Assembly (NCBI GenBank): GCA_032718475.1
Contig: JAUCBJ010007449.1
Span: 18,181 to 82,180, forward strand
Direction of reading: 5' to 3'
DNA from: Nemertoderma westbladi
Taxonomy: Eukaryota > Animalia > Xenacoelomorpha
Length of the DNA: 64,000 nucleotides
Part shown: positions 1 through 13,499 of the stretch, in pieces
How the letters are laid out: each line of letters starts with the position of its first letter
How positions within the stretch are numbered: position 1 is the stretch's first letter
Position numbers and translations under genes: made by a program
The notes under the pieces: generated by a model
Database searches by the model: none
What the model saw: only the letters and a program-made list of their open reading frames with translations
Told to the model about the DNA's origin: nothing

Positions 1-987
1 CTGGCTAAGAAACAAGTGGATAAATATCGCCTTCTCCACCCAGGAGAAGAAGGGTGTGGAGCCGGGCCTAGAGGAGATGTCGAACTTCGTCAATTACGAG
101 GCAGAACTAATCACAGACCCAGTCTACAGCAAGGATAGTCTGGGGAGGGCGCCGACAGCCGAATACAACAGGCCGAAACCAGAGCACAGTGCAGCAAATG
201 CGTTACCGAAGTTAAGACAGTCACTACCATACACGGCAACACAGGGGACTACAAGTCCACAGATAGGTGGGAGTAGGGCCACACCGTGGCATGAACAGGG
301 ACAAAATAATAACACGAACAGATACAATCCCAACGAACCCAGTAGGCCAAACCCAAATAATAAGAACGCTAGACAGCTAAGTATGAATACGCGCGATACG
401 CGATGCGCTGTATAGAGAAGGCTATAACCCGAAAAACAAATGCCAATTACACTCAAACGCATTCCATCAGACCATGAACTGCAAGTATTGGCAGGCGTTG
501 CCTAAACAAGATCAAGTAGCCTATGCAGATATAAATGGACCATGTCATCGATGCGTGGTAGAAGGACACAGATTCGGAGAGTGCAGAGAAACATCGATAG
601 AATACGACGAAACTGATGAGACTGGAGGCCAAACTATGGATACGAGCACAACGGGAGCAATGAGAACAGTACTACTCGAAGTAGTACCAGTGAGAATAAC
701 AGGAGAGGACGGGCTATCGGTCACAACATTAATGTTGATCGATAGTGGAGCAGCGTTCACGCTAACGGAGGGTTGGGTGGCCAAAAAGATAGGGTTACGA
801 ACGAGGCCAAGCAAGATGGCGGTAACCACTATCTCGAGTAAAGACGAGGTCTTCAAGATGAGAACGGGGCATTGTAAAATATCAGCGATAACGCCAGAGT
901 GCGATTATGGGGCGACCATCGATCCCATTCAAATAATAGAATCGATTAATATTAATGCCAGGCGACCCACGAACTACCTTTGGGGAG
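1..987 (+). pseudogene. gag: BEL/Pao retrotransposon gag-protease remnant (gag C-terminus with CCHC knuckle, then aspartic protease)
   Basis: ORFs 56-415 and 474-1004 contain ELITDPVYS (BEL gag-like), the knuckle CHRCVVEGHRFGEC, and VLLEVVPVRI..LIDSGAAFT (BEL-type aspartic protease, DSG). The frame is broken and runs straight into a PPT/LTR with no RT or IN. Confidence 0.75.
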
Positions 988-1499
988 GGCGACACAAGCC
1001 CTAAAGCCACAGAGAGAGGTGAGAGGTCAAACCACCTCGGAGGGAGAACACAGCTAGTAGAGGCTAGTGGCGGGGGGAAACACTCATAGGGAGTGCCAAA
1101 GTGACAATTAGTATATAAGCCAATAGCAGGCAGGGGAGCACGTGAACAGAGATAGGAAAGCATCCACTGGGTACAGAAGGCCAAGTAGAGTAGGAGGTGA
1201 AACCAATATCTGTGTGTATCAATCATATAACTATTCTGTATTACTGATATACTGGTCAGTTCATTAATCACAGAGTTGCAGACCGGTCATAGTTTTCGAC
1301 CATCACCAATCAATATCTATTACTGATTTACTGCTGTCATTCTGTATTGTGATATCAATTACATACTGATTCTGTGCTATTATCATTTGGAACATTAACA
1401 TTGAGGAACACAAAACTGTTATTTTCCCGAACAGCTTTCAGCCAAAAGGAACACTAGCCCAGCAAATCTAACTCGGTCGGGATCTACGATCCCGTCACA
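988..1499 (+). mobile_element. LTR of an internally deleted LTR retrotransposon
   Basis: Preceded by a G-rich PPT-like tract (TTTGGGGAGGG) and ends ...GATCCCGTCACA. Its first ~300 bp recur in inverted orientation at ~15890-16208. The start position is approximate. Confidence 0.6.
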
Positions 1500-3394
1500 C
1501 ACGCACTCATCCTGATATGGCCCGTACAGATACAGTGTCATTCTCCTCTTGCCTGAACCCACCACGTCATAATATCTATGTAGGCCTATACGTACATCAT
1601 TTTCTTCCTTTGTCAGTACCGTCGTAGTAGGCTTAATGGGACATTCTGATGGGCGTTCCGGCTCGCAGCTCCCTAGCTCCAGGTACTCCCATTCCCCGTA
1701 TTTGCTCCTCCTTGCTGTTGCCGTTGTTCCAGGAGCCCCTGTTCGCCCCTCCTTATGCCTTGCCGTTGTCCCGTTTACTCTCCATTCGCCATATAAATAA
1801 GCAAGTATACAATGCTGCAGTGCTTGTACCGGTGACTGCTGTACTACAGTACTAATATAGCAGTCCCTGCAGCAACAAACTGCCCCAATTTATACAAAGA
1901 CTGTATTAGGTATCTGAATGTTGATATAAATTGAATTCGGAGGCGTATAGTGACGTCATGACCAATCACAGATCGTTTTCATATTTTGAATAATTTTTAA
2001 ACTGAAAACACAAATATCTTGGCTATTTTAGCATCTTATTGAATTCTGTAAACGCCGATGTGTTTCTGTGATATTATTGCATCTAATTCATCTGGTTTTC
2101 AATTTGAGTCGTGTACCCCATTGTATCCTTGATGTTCAAAGCTCTTAATGTAACTTGTTTTGGTATCAGTATTGAGTTACTAGTTATGATAGAATTCCTC
2201 TGCTCTTCTTTGAAATATAATAAAATATAAGCTGCGTGAGTATTCACAGAATTTGAAAAATCTTTGGAATTTCGCTTGGGGCGAGTATATTGGCATTGAC
2301 TACCATTGTCGTTCGATTTTTGAATCTGGGTCGAAGAGACACGATCCAGGATGATTCCACTAGAATGAAAAAGTTCCTCAGTATATAGATTCATTGCAGA
2401 TTAAGTTGATTAATATATTATAGACAAACTAGGCCTAAGGACTAAACACTAAAAACTTTTAGTCTAAGGGATTGACAGTCTAAGGGAAGTCTAAGGTTAC
2501 CCCCCTAAAGTTGCATTTGGGTTTAAAATGATTGCACAACAACAAATATTAATTTTGGATTACTTCTTGCTTGGCCCCAACGTAATTGAAGCTATCATTT
2601 CATATTTAGTACAAGCTTTCAGCACCAGTTTTTGTGGGCTTATAAACACTGGTGTTAGACAAGGTTTTTGCATACGGAAATGCTATGCTAATTTCCCTCC
2701 GTTATTTATGAATGTCCAGATTTTCGGACAGTTTTCTTCTCTTTTTATTACCAAATGAGTTATAAAATGTTCATTCAACCATATACGTTATTAAATAAAT
2801 TGTTACTAATAAGTGGCTAATCTTCTGTATTTAAGGCCATGCAGAAAAACCACACAAAAGAATTGGCGCCACAAGCAATGCACTACCCTAGATCATACAA
2901 ACTATAATTTTTACTGGAATTTGGAATGTCATTGCATAGAGTGTAAGCATATGCAATGTACATGCATACTGTGCATAGCATTCTATTGGATGTCTATTGT
3001 TTGCCACTCTCACTGGGGGGTCGTCGTCTACCTCTTACATGCAGATAAGAACAAAGGATAGAACGATTGAACACAGGGTATATGCTGTGTAGAATGTGAT
3101 AATGTGTAATGTATTTGCTGGCACATGTGCCATTTCTTAATTTTATTGGACCACAAATTACAATAATTAAACCTTTAAAATGGGGCATAAGTATAGTTTG
3201 TTGTAGCAACTGTCATAACAAACTTTATTTCGACATACAACTTTTATAAATTTTATTGAAGTGACGAAAAGTAATCCAGACACAGGTGAGTATGGGTTAC
3301 TTTAAACACAGCAGCTCTACTAATTACATTGTGTTCTGAATATATTATTACCATCAAATTAATAACCTATATAACTTTTTGTGTCCTTCTTTAA

Positions 3395-4801
3395 CCCTAT
3401 TAAACCCGGTGGGGGGGGGGGGGGGGGGGGGGCGTCAATATGACCCCCCCCCCGTGGTTTTTTTATTATAATTCTGAAACGAACGCAGTTGGGAATCTGA
3501 AATTTTATGACATTTCCTAAAAATCTATTGTCTTCCTAGTAGTGAAAATCGTTTTCAAAAATATTGGGTAGTTTTCGAGTTATAGCACCATTTTTTAACC
3601 CTACTTTTGGCACTTTTTTTGAGACGTTTTTTGAAAATTACATTTAATTAAATATGAATTGTAACATCTCTATTTTTGATTTACACCGGTTTTTTGGTGT
3701 TAGCAATTGGATGGAATTCATATAAATTGATTTAGAAATTTCAAACATGTAGTTTTCGGCGGGTGCCAAATTTTGGTGCCAGCACCAAATTTTGAAATAT
3801 GTCAATTTTGTAAATTGATTGTTTGAAACTTGTTTTTTACGCAATTGGGGTTTTTTGGGGTTATGGTTTCGATGAAATATATACGAGTTGCACCAAGCGT
3901 ATCAAACTTGTATTTTTCGGTGCTGGGTGCAAATTTTGGTGCTAGCACGAAATTTTGAAAATCCATTCAATAGATAAAATTGCTTGTGACAAATTGTTTC
4001 TCTAGTTTTAGATGTTTATGGCTGTTCTGAATTCAATGGAATATATAATTATCGAACTAGACATCTCAAACTTGTATTTTTCGGAAGTGGGTGCAAAATG
4101 TGGTGCTAGCACAAAATTTTGAAAACCATCAAATATATCAATTGATTGTGTCACCTTGTTTCTTGCGTTATACGGGTTTGTGAGGGTTCTGAATCCGATG
4201 GAATCAATAAAAACAGCACTGGACATTGCAAACTTGTACTTTTTGGTGATGGGTACGAAATTTGGTGCTAGCACCAAAATTTGCCAAATTACGCCGAAAA
4301 ATACAAGTAGCAATGATCTGGCATATTAGAAATGTATTCCATTAGAAAACCTGGAAATGTGAATTTATAGCATCGTATAAGTGAATTAGAAATTTTGTGT
4401 TCTAACTGAAAAGTGCTGGTTACTTGTTTTTTTCATTTTTTTCCTACGCAGAGAGGACTAAACAGCCATTTATAGTAATCATATCATTTTTAAATATTTT
4501 CCAATGTATTTTGCGCCCAAGAAAACCTGTATTGAAACACAATTAGCCGAAAAATTTAACTTTCAAATTTTGTGAAAATTGTGCACTACTTGTAATTTTG
4601 GTACTGCAATATAACCACCCCAGTAAATTTTTTCGAAAATTTTTTTTTCGGTCGGATCCAGACTCGTGATACCTACGCACAAACAAAAAATCAGACGTTT
4701 TCGTAAAAATATGTAGATTTTAGAGGGGGGGGGGGGGGGGGTCAATATGACCCCTTCCCCCCGGTATTTGTACAACATTTTATAGCCCGGTACTAATAGG
4801 G
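3395..4801. mobile_element. Non-autonomous piggyBac-type element (MITE), copy 1
   Basis: TTAA TSD at 3391-3394 and 4802-4805; termini CCCTATTAAACCCGG...CCCGGTACTAATAGGG; close copies at 25399 and 49451. Lacks one ~150-bp internal unit present in the other two copies. Confidence 0.9.
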
Positions 4802-4972
4802 TTAATTTTAACCAACTGTCTCTCTTTATATGAAGTTATTTAGTTTAAAAGATAGGACACTTTTTGGACCACTCTGTATAATCAGCACCAGAGTCAGGTT
4901 CACCTCACTGAATACTATCATCAAATAATTAAGTAACAATTAAATTTATTATTAACTTTTTAGAGTTCAACT

Positions 4973-7900
4973 ATGTCTTACGGATGTGTTATATTCTTTG
5001 CTTTAACTTTGGTCACTGGTGAGTATATAAATGTTACTTGTCTTGACTAAATTGCTTCAGAAGTGCTACACTATATATAGTCATTCTAAAAAATATAACA
5101 AAATTTAGCATTTTACCATCAGTATCAGCAATGTAGATTATCAAACTCAATATTTATTGTAAGTTAGCATATTACAACTTCACAAATTACAATTCGGGGT
5201 CTACCATATGCCCTTGAAAGTTTCAAATATCTAGGATTGCTTAGAACAATGCAACTAACTTGACGTTTCTAAACCTAATCTAAAGGTGTCCAAGGCCAGA
5301 CGCAACCCGAAGGCTCCTACCCGAAGGTAGGGATGGGCGCTACTGCTATCCCTTGGTACTTTTTTATTGGCCACATTTGATGAGGTGGAGTGGATCCTGG
5401 CGGGGCTGAACCTACAACCAATAGATTGCAGCCCCAGCGCTCAACCAACTTTGAGCTACACCACCTGTCTAGCCGATTCTATCTAACCATAATTAGTCAA
5501 CTGGAAGTCATTGAGATTTCTCACCAAAACGCCATCGGAGTGGGGTCGTAGTATCACCACCCGGTTTAGTTTCCCAAGAGCGCCGTACACGTGTAACTGG
5601 CCCTGGGAGCGGGAGCTGGTTGCAAGGAGATGGTTATACACATAGGGACACCAACGGACGCGGGTTAGGTTGGTGGAGCCGGTTGCGAAGGAGGCCAGGG
5701 GACCTCGAGGCATGTCCTCGTCCGTACGATGTCGGTTGTACATCTCGGTCTCCATGTAGAAGATCTTACTGCAGGGTTTAACGGAGTGAACTTTGTTCAG
5801 GGTAAACAGGGTGATATGGGCGTGCTGGATAACAGGGGGTGTGTTGGAGGAGCTGAGAGTTGCTGATGCTAAGAGAGGTGAGGTTGTAAGGCCTGGGGTG
5901 GCGGGACAGGGGGTGGGGCTGATGGTAGGATGGCAATGGGGGTGGTAGGATGTGGAATTGGCGTAGTGAGTGCGGCACCAGCTGGAGGGCCTTGACTTAC
6001 GACCGGAGATACACTATCATGTAATGATTCTACATTACAAGCTGCATCACTCACGAATTTCCCAACTTTATGTTCGATAGGCCTACCCTCTCCGTTTTCA
6101 CTTTGACTAGCAATGGCAGGAGAATTACCACTGCGGCTGTGTTAATAGTGCAATGCCGGCCATCGACATGATTGAACTGTCACATCCACTTTCACTTTCA
6201 CCTATGATTTTCTCAAGTTTATCAACATCTTCAATGCCAGTGAGAGGACATCTTAAAAAAGAGGCGTCTCAATACGTCATGGGCTGCCTACCATCCTTAT
6301 TGTCCCATTGGGGCTAGCAAAGCACAAGCCTTTGCTCGGGGTGGTCCTCTGTTAGAGTGTGAAGCTTGGAGGGCCAATGAGAAACCTCCAATGCTATATA
6401 GGATCTGGTTTAAGAGGTGGGCATTGTACTTGACACAATAGCCTAATATATGTCCTACCACGAGATGTTCTCGGCAGTTAGAGCCCACCATTTAGAAGTA
6501 CTGGCTCTTCTGCTGCTCTAAATATTAGAACCTTGAGATTCAGATGTATTCTTTGTGAGTTACAAACATGGACATGGACAGTCCATTCAATGCTGCCCAG
6601 CCCATTTCTCTGACGTATTCGAAGATCTTCAACTGACTTCCGGATTTAAGATTCCAATTAGCAGGAGTCATCGTCTTGGTCAAGCACACCATTCTTATAG
6701 CACAAGTCAAAGTCATCAGCAAAGTCTAGAACACTAAGGTGCAAAGCTGGACTTCCTGGACTTCTAGAGCCAGTTCGAGGTGTTACCATCACCCCATCTT
6801 CATTATGATCTAATGATGGACCTGCGTATAACATTGTCAACCACATTTATGATTTATAATGATGCAATTGTGTCGCCCTGGAGGACTCCCCATAAAACTG
6901 CTAATATTATAACTCACCATCAGTGGTCAACACAAATGTCGTTGAACCATCGCATGTTGGCGTTATGCTCATATATTTTGTGTATTATTTTGCTAATTTT
7001 GTTTCCTTGAGTGAGATTTGGAGGGAGTTTGTGAGTGCAATGAGTCTCAGAAGCGAGTTTGTCGACTCAAAATTCTGAAGATACACAGGAATCTGTAAGC
7101 ACGCAGCTCCCCCAAACAACACAACAAATTGGACCAGGGGGGGGGGGGGGTGGGTTAATCTGAAGAACCACTTCCTTGACCTTCTTTAACTATCATATAT
7201 TGTTTGGTTAACATTGTCTGAAACCTTAACTAACGTATATACATCCTTTACTAACTAACTTACTATTTATAACCCCAGCCAGTTCCAAATCGGGATCGGG
7301 ATCGGGATCAGGGTCAGGGGAGAAAATCGACTGTCATACGAAATTCTCGATCTCTGAGGATACTGTATTAGACAATCAGATATCCTCTGCGCTCACCGCA
7401 TTGTTGGATTCAAGTGTGCCAAAGAGCAAAGAGGGACAGGTCTGCCGCTCGTGTTCTGTGAGTTTTAATAATATACATAACTAATGTTGGTGGTGGACTA
7501 AGCCATTCTAGAAAAATTGTAGATCATACATGAGTTCATGCCTGATCAACTGATACAATGGAAACTGGAGGCAAACTATGTATTTTACTACATTACATAA
7601 CTTATCGGGCCTCTGGAGAAATTGTCGCAACACTATATCATTTAATATGTCAAACGATATACGTAATTTTGTCTTGATATAATTCTGTAATGTGTATATT
7701 TTGTCATATTGTAATAATTTGTAATGTGTATATCTTGTCATATTGTTATTATTTGTAATGTATACTTTTGTAATTACAGTAGTAATTATTTACGTATTGC
7801 AAAAAAGCTATGTAAATCCGTATTTTAATGGTTGTGTAATACACAACCATGTGTATGCCTATGCCAATTTTAGCTCCATGGTTGATAATTCAAGAAACCG

Positions 7901-10900
7901 TTCCTGTATACCCTTGAAACAGGAAAAGGGCACCCTGGACAGACAACAAAATTCAGAAGTGCCGAAATGACCTCTGCAAGGCGCAGAAAGAGTCCCGACT
8001 CAAACAGACTAAAGCGGCAAAGAATGCAGTTAAGGCTGCATCTAGGTCCCTGAACAGGCAGTACTCTGTTAATCTACAGGAGCTAATAAACCAACAGGTT
8101 GATGCCATCAATGATGCTGACGACAGCAGGCAATCATCCCAGGCATGGGAATCGATCAACTTGCTTACTGGGTGGAAAAGCCAACCAACAACCAAGGTTA
8201 AGGCTGAGCCGTCACCAGCCACCAGCCGCAATGGTTGGAAAGCCCACTTTGAAAAGCTCCTCAATAATGACAGGGTATTGCCTGATAACTTTATAGAAGT
8301 AATAGTGTCTGAGTCTGTACTCCCAGAAATTCCCATTGGCGATATTTCCTTTGCAGAAGTGAAGGCTGCTGCAAAGAGCATTTTTTTTTATACAGTTTAT
8401 ATATACACTTTTTATTAACTCCAGAAAGACCAAAATTTTGACAGTTAAATTTAAGTCCTCACTCAGCAAGTCTCGATCGGATGAGCATAAGCTCAAAGGA
8501 TGGTATGCTTGAGCATGTGGACGACTTCTGTTACCTGGGATCATGGATCCGGAAGTCAGGTGAGGACCTTCGAATACGTAAGGGAAAGGCATGGGCAGCC
8601 TTGAATAGGCTTTCCAGGATTTGGAAGTCACCGAGAAATAATCGAAAACTCAAGGTCCGATTATTTAGAGCAGCAGTAGTTCCAGTACTCCTCTATGGGA
8701 GTCCATGCAGGGCTCTAACTGCTAAGGACACCAAATCTCTGGTTGGCACATTCACAAGAATGCTACGCCGGGTTCATTGTGTCAAGTACAATGCACACAT
8801 TTCCAACCAGACACTATATAACATTGGAGGTGTCTCATTGGTTCCCCCAAGCTTGACACTAGAACAAAATCGCCTTCACTTTGCAGGACATTGCTTTCGC
8901 CGTGAGGACCACCCAGTGCATAATCTTGCACTTTGGCAGCCTCATGGAGCGAATAAGCATTGTGGACATCCCATGACTTTCATGAAAAGCATCCTAAAAG
9001 ACACTGGCCTTGAAGATGCGGATGATCTAGCAAATGTCATGGGTGATAGGGAGTTGTGGCGGTGCAATTTTGTCGACAAGATGGCACAGCATTCTTAATA
9101 TATATGTAAAATATATATATAATACAGCTGCAATGCAGCTGAAATGCAGCACGCTGATCGTAGTAGTAGTAGTAATGTCTGAAAATTACAGTATAGTTAT
9201 TGTCGAAACATTGTCGTTTAATGAATTTATTGATTAAGTTCGATCCGATTACGTTATATTTTATTTGGTCCTTGTATTTAGAAAACCGTCTATGAAGTGT
9301 TTGGTTACGATATCGGTGGTCTTTACTATTCGGCTTCGTTGAATACGTACGATTGTGAAAAAGGCAAAGACACATGCAGAGACGACATGAGGAACAGCTA
9401 CGATGAATGCACTCCGTCTGAGCTTAACAAACAAACCAAGGCCATTGATAGTAAGTTGAACAAAATATATTCTTATAAAAACGGATTCTAATATTATTAA
9501 TATTCTAAATCATTCGTAAGGGATAATTGAATTTACCTATCGCTACATATTATTATTCTTGTTTTTAGTGGTTAAATAACAAAAATATCTATTTACATTA
9601 CATATTATACATTGAGTAGAAGTAAAAGTTATTGGTAAGATTTAATCAATATAAAAAAGTCTATAAAAACGATCAGATATGATGTGGTTAATAATGGTTG
9701 GATGTGAGCTACTCAACGCATTCCAATAAATACTAGAATAATATTATATAGACATATAACCATAGCCTACTATATTTATACGGCCTAACAGGTTACTTGA
9801 ACTGGCCTCTTAAAAAGAGGCCAGTTTTTTTAACAATATTTTGAGATTTTGATATGGGAAGGGTTTTATAAATTTTCATTTGCGGCAATTTTGTCAACGG
9901 ACGTAATTGAAGTCTCCTCATTAAGCACCACAGTCTCCACACTAAATTTTATGGTACTAGTGTTTTAGGTAGGTTTAGCTAGTAATTTCCACACTGGTTC
10001 CGACATCCTACTTCCTTCTATAAATATTTTTTAGTAGCTAGTTTTTATTACTATTTGTATAGAAAATGTTCCAGAACATGTTAGCAAACAAAAAAAAAAT
10101 TTCGAAATTTTTTTTTCCAAAAAGATTTTTCAACAATATTTTTTATCACAATTTTTTTTATTGATTTTCAACACGTTTTAGAACGATTCCATGCGTTTTA
10201 AACATAATCCAGATTTTTTTAAAAAAAATGTTTCATAAACAAAAAATATTTGTTCTAGAACATATTTTTTTTAAGAATGAATAGCTAACATGTTCTGGAA
10301 CATTTTCTATATAAATAGTAATATGAACTAGCTACTACAAAATATTTATAGAAGGAAGTAGGATGTCGGAACCAGTGTTGAAATTACTAGCTAAACCTAA
10401 CACTAGCTACCATAAAATTTAGTGTCTTCCTTAACGAGGCGACTTCAATTACGTCCGTTGACCAAATTACAACAAAATGAAAAATCATAGAAATCTCCCC
10501 ATATCAAAATCTCAAAATATTGTTAAAAAAACTGGCCTCTTTTTAAGAGGCCAGTTCAAGTGACCTGTTCGGCCGTATAAATATAGTAGGCCATGATATA
10601 ACTGTCTCTTATTTATATATCTGTATCTGTATTAGTATATCTTATTATTTATATACAAGGTTTATTTACTGGAGGTTTATATGTTATTTATACGTGTATG
10701 TCACCTGATTGAATAGACGAAATTATCTTTATCATCATTAACCCAATCTGGCCCGATCTATTTTACTGTGTAACTGGCTCACAAACACGCTACATCAGCT
10801 CAATAAAATTTCAAATAAAAAATAATATTCACACTTTCATTTAATATGACTCATACTTTCACTTTCATTAGTATTCATCGCTGGTGTTGGGGTGCCAATA

Positions 10901-12218
10901 ACACTTGAAAGAAATTTTAGAATTATGACAAAATATAAATCAATCAATCAATCAATGGTGGTAATTTTTGAAATTTTTTAGATCTTGTCTCAAAAATTAC
11001 AATTTTGATTTTTCAATTTTTCAATGTCGCTGATCATAATGAAACTAGTTATATTTTGGATAATGCAAACATATTTTTGGTGCCATTCAAGTGTCCCAGT
11101 ACAATAAAGTACAAGTAGCAAAATAATTACAAACTGTTAAATGTTGCCTTAGGTTAAGATATACTATACTATATATACTATATATAAAATAATATATAAT
11201 ATATATATAAATACTATGTATACAGTAAGAAACTGGACGCAAATCCCATCTTGGCGAATTAATATAGCGCCTCAATTTTAAATTCTCAAATTAGAGAAAG
11301 GAGCAGGTTACAGTGACACGTTATTTTAACCAAAACAATGAACTAAACACAATAGAACAGGTTACGATTTTATTTTTGAGAGTAATCAGCTGTTATTTGC
11401 GTCCCATTTCCCTTGGAGAGGGATGAACTTTAATTGCATCCAGTTTCCCCCCTATCTGGGTTTTCAAGGTCTCTCATCACGATTCAACTCTTTAATAATC
11501 ATTAGTGGTACCGCACCTATCGTTTTTTGGTGCTTGTATTGAAAATTACAATACATATTACCATTGATTTTGTGGTGATTTTTCATTATCATATTTGCAC
11601 TACTTGTTTTTTTGCGCCCCAGGTGTCAAATTCTAAATAACCGAAAATTTGCGCGAATAATTTGCGCGAATTCTATAATCGTAATCAGCACCAAAAAACC
11701 GCTATATACCACAAATAATTTAGTTTTAGTGAACCATAAAAATTCTTAAAAATTTTAGCACGAAAAATACCGAAAAAAAGGACCACAGCACCAATTTTAA
11801 GAAACGTCACGAAATATTGGCTTTCCCAACTAACCTCACGCAAATGGTTTACAACAAATTTATAAAATGACCACCCCCATGGTGCGTTATGGTTCTGCAG
11901 ATTGGTGCACAGCATTTGGAAAAAATTAGATTATTTTTAACTTTATATTTAAAAAATGTATTTCTTGTGTTTCTATTTACTTTAAGAAAATATAATTTCA
12001 TAGAAGATATTTTTTTTGTTATACAACATATTTTCTAATTCAAAATCATTTTTACAATAATTTTTATAGAGCTAAAGACTTTGGGTCACACAGGAGTGGA
12101 AGAGAACAGCTGTTACACTTACTGCTGCGACGATGAGGACAATTGCAACAACACCGGCCGTATCGCTCAGTCATTGGTTGTCACCATGACAGCTGTTGCT
12201 ATAGCGATATTCATGTAA
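4973..12218 (+). CDS. Spliced host gene: secreted, GPI-anchored Ly6/uPAR (three-finger, quiver/sleepless-like) protein, ~180 aa; coding exons 4973-5018, 7279-7457, 9282-9450, 12070-12218
   Basis: All introns are GT..AG with matching phases (1,0,1). Signal peptide MSYGCVIFFALTLVTA, a (SG)n linker, 10 mature Cys, terminal CCDDEDNCN motif and a hydrophobic GPI-type tail (SLVVTMTAVAIAIFM). AATAAA at 12280; probable 5'UTR intron 3286-4963. Confidence 0.85.
5270..5468 (-). mobile_element. tRNA-derived SINE (tRNA-Cys-like head) in an intron
   Basis: Minus strand reads GGTGGTGTAGCTCAAAGTTGG (A box)...GGGGCTGCAATCT (GCA loop)...GGTTCAGCCCC (degenerate B box), followed by a non-tRNA body. Confidence 0.55.
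6200..6955 (-). mobile_element. Old degenerate RTE-like LINE RT fragment
   Basis: Patchy similarity to the LINE at 27000-27810; minus-strand translations give GVLQGD-like, LDFADD and CVKYNAH segments. Confidence 0.65.
7899..9173 (+). mobile_element. RTE-like LINE, 5'-truncated with RT core deleted, in an intron
   Basis: Nearly identical to the reverse complement of parts of 25255-28979. ORF 8481-9098 is an RT C-terminus (VDDFCYLGSW, AWAALNRLSRIWKS, VLLYGS, LHFAGHC). Has a (GTA)n tail and a deletion junction at ~8381-8410. Confidence 0.85.
9761..10595. mobile_element. Foldback MITE, P-element-like
   Basis: Long imperfect inverted repeats covering most of the element, CATAG...CCATG termini, and a 7-bp TSD ATATAAC (9754-9760 and 10596-10602). 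Confidence 0.75.
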
Positions 12219-12286
12219 ACAGAAAATCCATTGACTATATAATATCTAAATATATGTCTAAATGAAGGCTACTATTTCTAATAAAT

Positions 12287-12505
12287 TATACAATGTGAAT
12301 AGGACAATATGATAATGCTCTCCATAGCGAAAAATATCAACCGGCCCTGTTGGGGCTCGAACCCGGTACCTAGGTTTCAAACTTCTGGTTTTCTTCAGCC
12401 GGGTGAGTGTACTGAGCTACCAGGCCGGATGAATATTTCGCTATGGAGTGGAAGATCATTATCAATATCAAGAGCATTATCATATTGTCCTATTCACATT
12501 GTATA
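12287..12505 (-). mobile_element. Short inverted-repeat element enclosing a tRNA-like (A/B box) core
   Basis: ~35-bp terminal IR (TATACAATGTGAATAGGACAATATGATAATGCTCT) and an inner IR (CTCCATAGCGAAA). The minus-strand core is GGCCTGTAGCTCAG...GGGTTCGAGCCCCAACAGGGCC. Confidence 0.6.
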
Positions 12506-13499
12506 TTTAATACACCGCGTCACTCACCCCACAACAATTCACTTATTATTATTTCTAATAAACACGAATCTAGATTTCGAATTAAGTATTTGTGACTAAT
12601 TTCCACTTGATATCATTTTTTTCTAAAATTTGATGAATTCACTTGCGTCCAACTTTCGCTACTATCTGCACATGCTTGTCTTTATTAAATATGACGTATT
12701 AAATTGTACATAATACACCTGGCGCATACACGGTTTTTTTCAAACATTTTTTTAGCATCATAGATAAAAAATTCAAAACTATATAAGTGAAAATATTACT
12801 ATTATATATACAATTATATTATATATTACAGTCTTCAGTTTTTAAATTAATCGTGGTTATGACTAGTTTTTCCACATTGTTTTTAGTATTGTGTAGTGGG
12901 AATAAGGCAATTCCTATATGCTTCCTCCAATTCTTATATGCAAAATATTTTCAAAATCCTGAAAACTAATACAACAATCTCATATTTCTTAGCGCGCCTG
13001 AGGAAATATTATACTGTAACTTATTAGTAATATATGTTAAGTGTAATAATATTAGCAATAATATAAGCAAGTTATGATTTTTGAAGAAATGTGCCAACAG
13101 CCAGCACTGTTTAAAATTGTTGTAAAAATTGTTTAATAACAAAAAAATTTAGACATTAATTTAAAATTTTTATTAATTTACAATTTTAAAGGCAACAATA
13201 ACTAAAGACGCCCAGTCCAGATTGCTAATGTAAACTAATGAGTGGTTACTCTTTTACCCACGCACAATTTAACCTTCGTAGAATTAACGCTAGTTTCAAC
13301 TCCTCAAGTTAAAACCGGAAAAACACCAAAACAACCGAGAAATGTCTTCATGATACAACAGCATGATACATATACATGATATCATGATACATATAATACC
13401 ACAGCTCAATTCCAATTTATATCATATAATACGCAATGTTATACATTTAAGCCCTACATCTGCAGCTAACGGCACTTTCTGTAAAAGGGCGATTCGAGT

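Noticed and set aside
2083-2394. 103-aa minus-strand ORF
   Set aside because: No motif, splice context or repeat support.
3644-4778. Repeated short ORFs in the MITE copies (also 25624-26846 and 49677-50952)
   Set aside because: No transposase motifs, non-ATG starts, and explained by the repeat modules.
5395-5468. Functional tRNA-Cys gene
   Set aside because: The acceptor stem does not pair and the T-loop is degenerate; better explained as a SINE head.
11221-12669. Possible TIR pair (CAGTAAGAAACTGGACGCAA / TTGCGTCCAACTTTCGCTAC) around the last Ly6 exon
   Set aside because: Short imperfect match with no TSD; insufficient to claim exon capture.
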